This document shows, piece after piece, positions 59,816-64,000 of a stretch of 64,000 bases of DNA. The notes below the pieces were generated by a model, which did no database searches, was not told the DNA's origin, and was given only the letters and a program-made list of their open reading frames with translations. Source of the DNA: Eukaryota sp. TZLM1-RC (Eukaryota; Protista; Metamonada: BaSk clade). Each line of letters opens with the position of its first letter. The stretch's first letter is position 1. The stretch is taken from NCBI GenBank assembly GCA_040285825.1, contig JAUPSS010000002.1, positions 2,976,001 through 3,040,000 of the forward strand. The letters are read 5' to 3'. Position numbers and translations under genes: made by a program.

Positions 59816-60066
59816 AAGAAGCAGATGAATAGAGATGTTCAATAAAGATGATTTTGATCAACCAACTTGAAAAGATTTGGGTCACGTCATATGTGTATTT
59901 TCATCACAGGTTCTGCATGATGTGGATTGTGAAAATTACTTTGAGAAATGTTTGTGGATTTTGATTAAAATTGTGGTACTGTGAATTTCACTTAAGCTGA
60001 ATTCAAAATTCAATTCTCCCAAACCTAATGTCACCAATTGACACCACTATACACTCATCACGAACA

Positions 60067-60174
60067 GACGAAGACTGTGACCTCCCTTGGAGACAATCTG
60101 ATGATCAACAATTTGGCACCCCTATCAAATTGCCATGCACTGATGAAGACTGTGACTTCCCTTGGAGACAGTCT
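60067..60174 (+). repeat. 33-bp imperfect direct repeat, 75-bp period, inside unknown ORF 60028-60567
   Basis: DEDCDLPWRQS / DEDCDFPWRQS. Confidence 0.7.
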
Positions 60175-60638
60175 TGTGCTCAACAACTTGATTTTTCTTC
60201 TGTCAATAGTCCTTTACATACAGCACCGTATGTCAACCCTCACCTTAATGAAGTTCAGAGCCATCAACCTCTTTACTTTTCCTTTGTTCATAATGATGGT
60301 TGGGTTGCTCTCAAATTGTATTTACTAAATGCACCGTATAAGGGAACTCATAAGTTCTTTTATGAAGGGGAACACGATGTGTATATCCAACAAGCTGAGT
60401 CATATTCACACCTTGTTTTAGACGACTTGGTGCTATTTCTACTTTTTTACACATTAAAAGGGACGCTGAAATTGCGAATTTTATCAGATCGTTGTTATCT
60501 TCGGCTCCAATACCTACTGTTTTACATGCTGATGCAGTTACTCAATTTTATATGGCCACTAACGTAGAAAATTCTCATACTTAGTTAAACTTCAATTATT
60601 TTTCTTGCAACCAATAAATTTCACATAAAAACCACAGA

Positions 60639-61275
60639 TCAACTCAACAAGGACAAAAAATTTATTTTATATTCAGTTCTATCGTTTTCTATGTCCATTT
60701 CAATACAGTTCACCAATTTGGAATTATTTAGATATGGTGAATGGTAAAACTGGCCATTAGTCCATCCTGCGTGCTCAAACAGTGAACTACAATCATATAA
60801 TCGTAGACTTTCCAAAGCAGATAGTATAGTATAGTAACTTTGTTTACATTTTGACAGTATTTTTTGGGACAATTTGTGAGAATATTTTGCGTCTTTAAGA
60901 ATACGGTAAAGTGTTGTTTCAGACAAAGTTTTACTAAAGAGTTGTAACGCTATCTTTTTCATTTGATGTAAAAATAGCTGGGGATCGACATCAACGATTG
61001 ACAGAAGGGTAGTAACTTCCGAAGAGTCTAGTATTCTATTTTTTCTCCGTCGATATGGACCCCACAGGTAGGAGTCAAATGATTGCTTGAGCCATCGGGA
61101 AATAGTGGATTGTGACACACTATACTGTTTTGCAATCTCTTTTTGAGTGAGAGGCTGAAAACGGTGAGCAGCACACGCGCGAGCCCTGGTGTCATCCGAA
61201 CAATGTAAATTAAGTGATAGAAGCTGTTGGGCCGATTTAACTTCAGAAAGTATGCGAAAAGTCAACGGCATATTG
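60639..61275 (-). mobile_element. IS630/Tc1-like transposase remnant: HTH domains, DDE core deleted
   Basis: TQKEIAKQYSVSQSTISRW; DPQLFLHQM...LSETTLYRILK...YSHK; no DDE residues follow. Confidence 0.65.
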
Positions 61276-61908
61276 TTTGGGGGAGTTTTGGGGGGAAACT
61301 GAAATTGGGAATGTTTGGGGGAATTGCATTCAACATAAAAATCAACCACAGTACGTGTGGATTTTGGTGTTGTCCCAATTTTTTTGCTTTTGCCATTTTC
61401 TTTATCCCTTAAATTACTTCAAAATCACGACATGTGAAATCGAACGATTTTTTGTGTTGTTCTCTATTGCAGGTATTTGCTTTTGTGAACTATTCAATTT
61501 CTTCTTTAAGATATTCAATGTTGAAATACTGTTAAAAAGTCACATGGATAACTGGGATGCCAACACATAAAAAATTGTGAAGCTGAGACGGAAAAATAAT
61601 GGTTTCCAAACAGAAAGATGAAACAGAAGATGCCATCTTACCATTGATGTCTGGAGAACTGTAGTGGTATTTGGTTCTATATTTAATTAGCTTTCCGTCG
61701 ATAAATTATTATCTATTATTCATTTGGACGTGTAGCAGAAAAATAGAAAAAATAACATTAAATTAAGATAAATATACTATTATAATTTTACTTATATTTA
61801 AAATTTATAGTCAGAAAAACAATTAAATATCATTTTAAGAGACTTGTTGCATGGGATAGAAGAAGATTGAAGGTGTATGACACTAATGAGGACGTGTAAG
61901 AAGAGGTA

Positions 61909-64000
61909 CACTGTTGGCAGTAATTAGTCCCACTCAGACTGATTTTGTACTGAATTGTTTGTGCTTTCCGGACAATATTAGTCTCACTCAGACTAATTTT
62001 GCAGTGAGACTAATTCTGCACTGAGACTAATTTTGTCTCGGCCTTATTTCCTTTGACCACCAGACAAACAACATCTTTATCAATAAAAAACACTCAATCT
62101 ATTCTAAAATATAACATTCATCCTCTTCTTCATCCTTCAGCTTAGTAATCTCCTGTTGTGTTATGAAATCTTTGGTTACTTGAATTTCCTCCTCTGAATT
62201 ATCGTCGAATCCCTGTACTTCAGTGAAATCATCGTCGTCACTCACATCTTCCCAGATATCTTCCTAACAACCGGGAGGCTTTTCTCCTTTGAAGTTTGCA
62301 TTGTATTTGGAAATAATTGCTTGAAGTTGGGGACTCAGATATTTAACACTCCATTCACCAACATCGTCCAAACCCAATCCACAGCGCATCATCGCTACTC
62401 TGGCGTAAGAATGCCATTCTCATTCCTCTTGGAGTTGATTTCAGCCACCACTTCCTTGGCTAAGTTCAAAAAGTACCTTTTTCCTGGATTGAGAAGTTTT
62501 CCAGATGCACTATACTCATTGTTTTGTATCATCTCTACCTTTTTCCGATCCCATGGCTTTGTCCACGCTCTTTTGATCATTGCAATGATGAATGTATCAC
62601 AGGGTTGCACTAAATGAGTTGAGTTTGGGGGCAAAAAGCAAACAGTAGCATGTAAACGTGTCAGAGCATTCTTCACTCTGGCTGTGAGCTTGTGACTTGG
62701 AACGTTGTCGCAGAAAAATATTTGCTTTTTGTTTACCATTCTGCAGTTAACTCTTCTTTCTTCTAAATACTCGGCAAATTTTTGAGAAGTCATAAAGTCT
62801 TTTTTTGCCGTTCGATAAGCCACTTGAGGATCACTGTCTTGTAGATTGCGGATGGGATAGCTTTCTGACTGATTTTGAAATATAAGAAATGGCACATCAA
62901 TACGAGCATTTGGACCGCCAGTGAGCTTCACCACTAATGTCATTCCCTGGGAACCACTGACGACATCAGTGTATCTTACTTCCTCATCATCAATAAATCC
63001 CAATGTCTTATTGTTATCCATATTGATACGGAAATGAGTCTCATCGAAATTGCAAATTTGACTGTGATCAATCCCTCGATCTTGAAACATTCTTGCGACA
63101 TTGCCTAAGTGAAAAGCCACCGCTCTTTCAATTTCTTCCTGTTTAACAGCGCCAACGGAAAGTTTACCTGTTTGAGTACGAGGAACAATATTAAATCGGG
63201 CCATAAATTGTTGAATCCATTTGAACTGAATTCGGTCCATAAGCATCTTACCTGATTTATCTTGAGGATCGATCCATTCTGGTCTAAAAATTGGATGATT
63301 CCCAGTTCTTAAAACGTGTTTAGCGATATCTCCCAGAATACTGGTGTCTATCTTACATCCTATCTTCTTCATCACGAGAAACTCCTCCAGCAGTTCTTTG
63401 TGTACCCATTCTACCCATTCAGCTCTCTTTCTACCTCTTCCGCTCCTGGCTTTTAAAAGAATTTTCTTCACTGTACTGTTTTGTACACGTTCTAGGGACA
63501 ATTTGTCCTTTTCCAACCTCCTATAAAACTGATGGCGTTTTTTCCACCAGTCTGATGCCTTTTGGATGTTGGCGTTTGAAGACGATCTGAAGTGCTCGGG
63601 AAACTGTATGACAGTGGCAGCTTTCAACCCCTTTTCGGTGTTTTGTTCTTGTACCCATCTTTCCATCCACTCAAGAACCACTTTACGAGTTTGTTTGGTG
63701 GAAACTTGTTGAATTCGTCTTTTAGTTCCTGCAGTGGGAGACAACACAGCGTTTTCATCATGGTGTTGTATTTCAGGAAGTGGTAAGACGATAGGAGTGG
63801 AGGTATCTACTTCTGCAGAAGGAAGGAGGTGTAGTGTGAGCCGTGCTAGAGCGTTGAGCCCGTGCAAAAGATTGTACGAGAGGAGAACCCGAGAAAAGAC
63901 CGTTCATTAGATGAATAACAAATGATTGGTACAAAATTTTATAAGTTTTTGAAAAAAGTACTGGAAAAATGTTTATGAAACTCAGGACAAAATTAGTCTC
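61909..64000 (-). mobile_element. pogo-like DD36D transposon, transposase 62395-63867 with a frameshift near its 3' end; other terminus lies beyond the window
   Basis: GRGRKR, CENP-B-like HTH, NFDETHF, CDNVPSH, LPPNSTHLVQPCD (36 residues between D2 and D3); agactaatt subterminal repeats at 61925-62040 and 63991-64000; TA at 61907-08. Confidence 0.85.

Noticed and set aside
1-64000. tRNA, rRNA or snRNA genes; non-standard genetic code
   Set aside because: None recognised by eye (a covariance-model scan would be needed); intact genes end in TAA, TAG and TGA and in-frame stops occur only in decayed elements

Overview
AT-rich nuclear DNA of a compact-genome unicellular eukaryote (standard code, 26-34 nt GT-AG introns); the taxon cannot be fixed from sequence alone. 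Intact-looking host genes: a DUF996-like membrane protein, a bromodomain-ET protein, dynein light chain LC8, two stand-alone mini-PARPs (plus one pseudogene), a C2/coiled-coil protein, a 2-TM protein, a tail-anchored pseudokinase, CstF-50, and a 2486-aa La-RRM-DEAH helicase-RING-IBR-PARP-2xWWE-nucleotidyltransferase fusion. They lie among many decayed mobile elements: at least four subfamilies of CRE-like (RT + restriction-like endonuclease) non-LTR retroelements, a solo LTR, pogo-, hAT-, MULE- and IS630/Tc1-type DNA transposons, and several Fanzor (eukaryotic TnpB-like) relics that the ORF track misses or fragments. Best leads: (1) the giant RNA-sensor/ADP-ribosyltransferase/nucleotidyltransferase protein together with its free mini-PARP paralogues, a candidate RNA-surveillance or defence module; (2) two divergent Fanzor subfamilies that both carry NRN instead of the RuvC-III NRD; (3) repeated local copying of short gene fragments, some between direct repeats. 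All domain calls come from motif recognition by eye, not from database searches.
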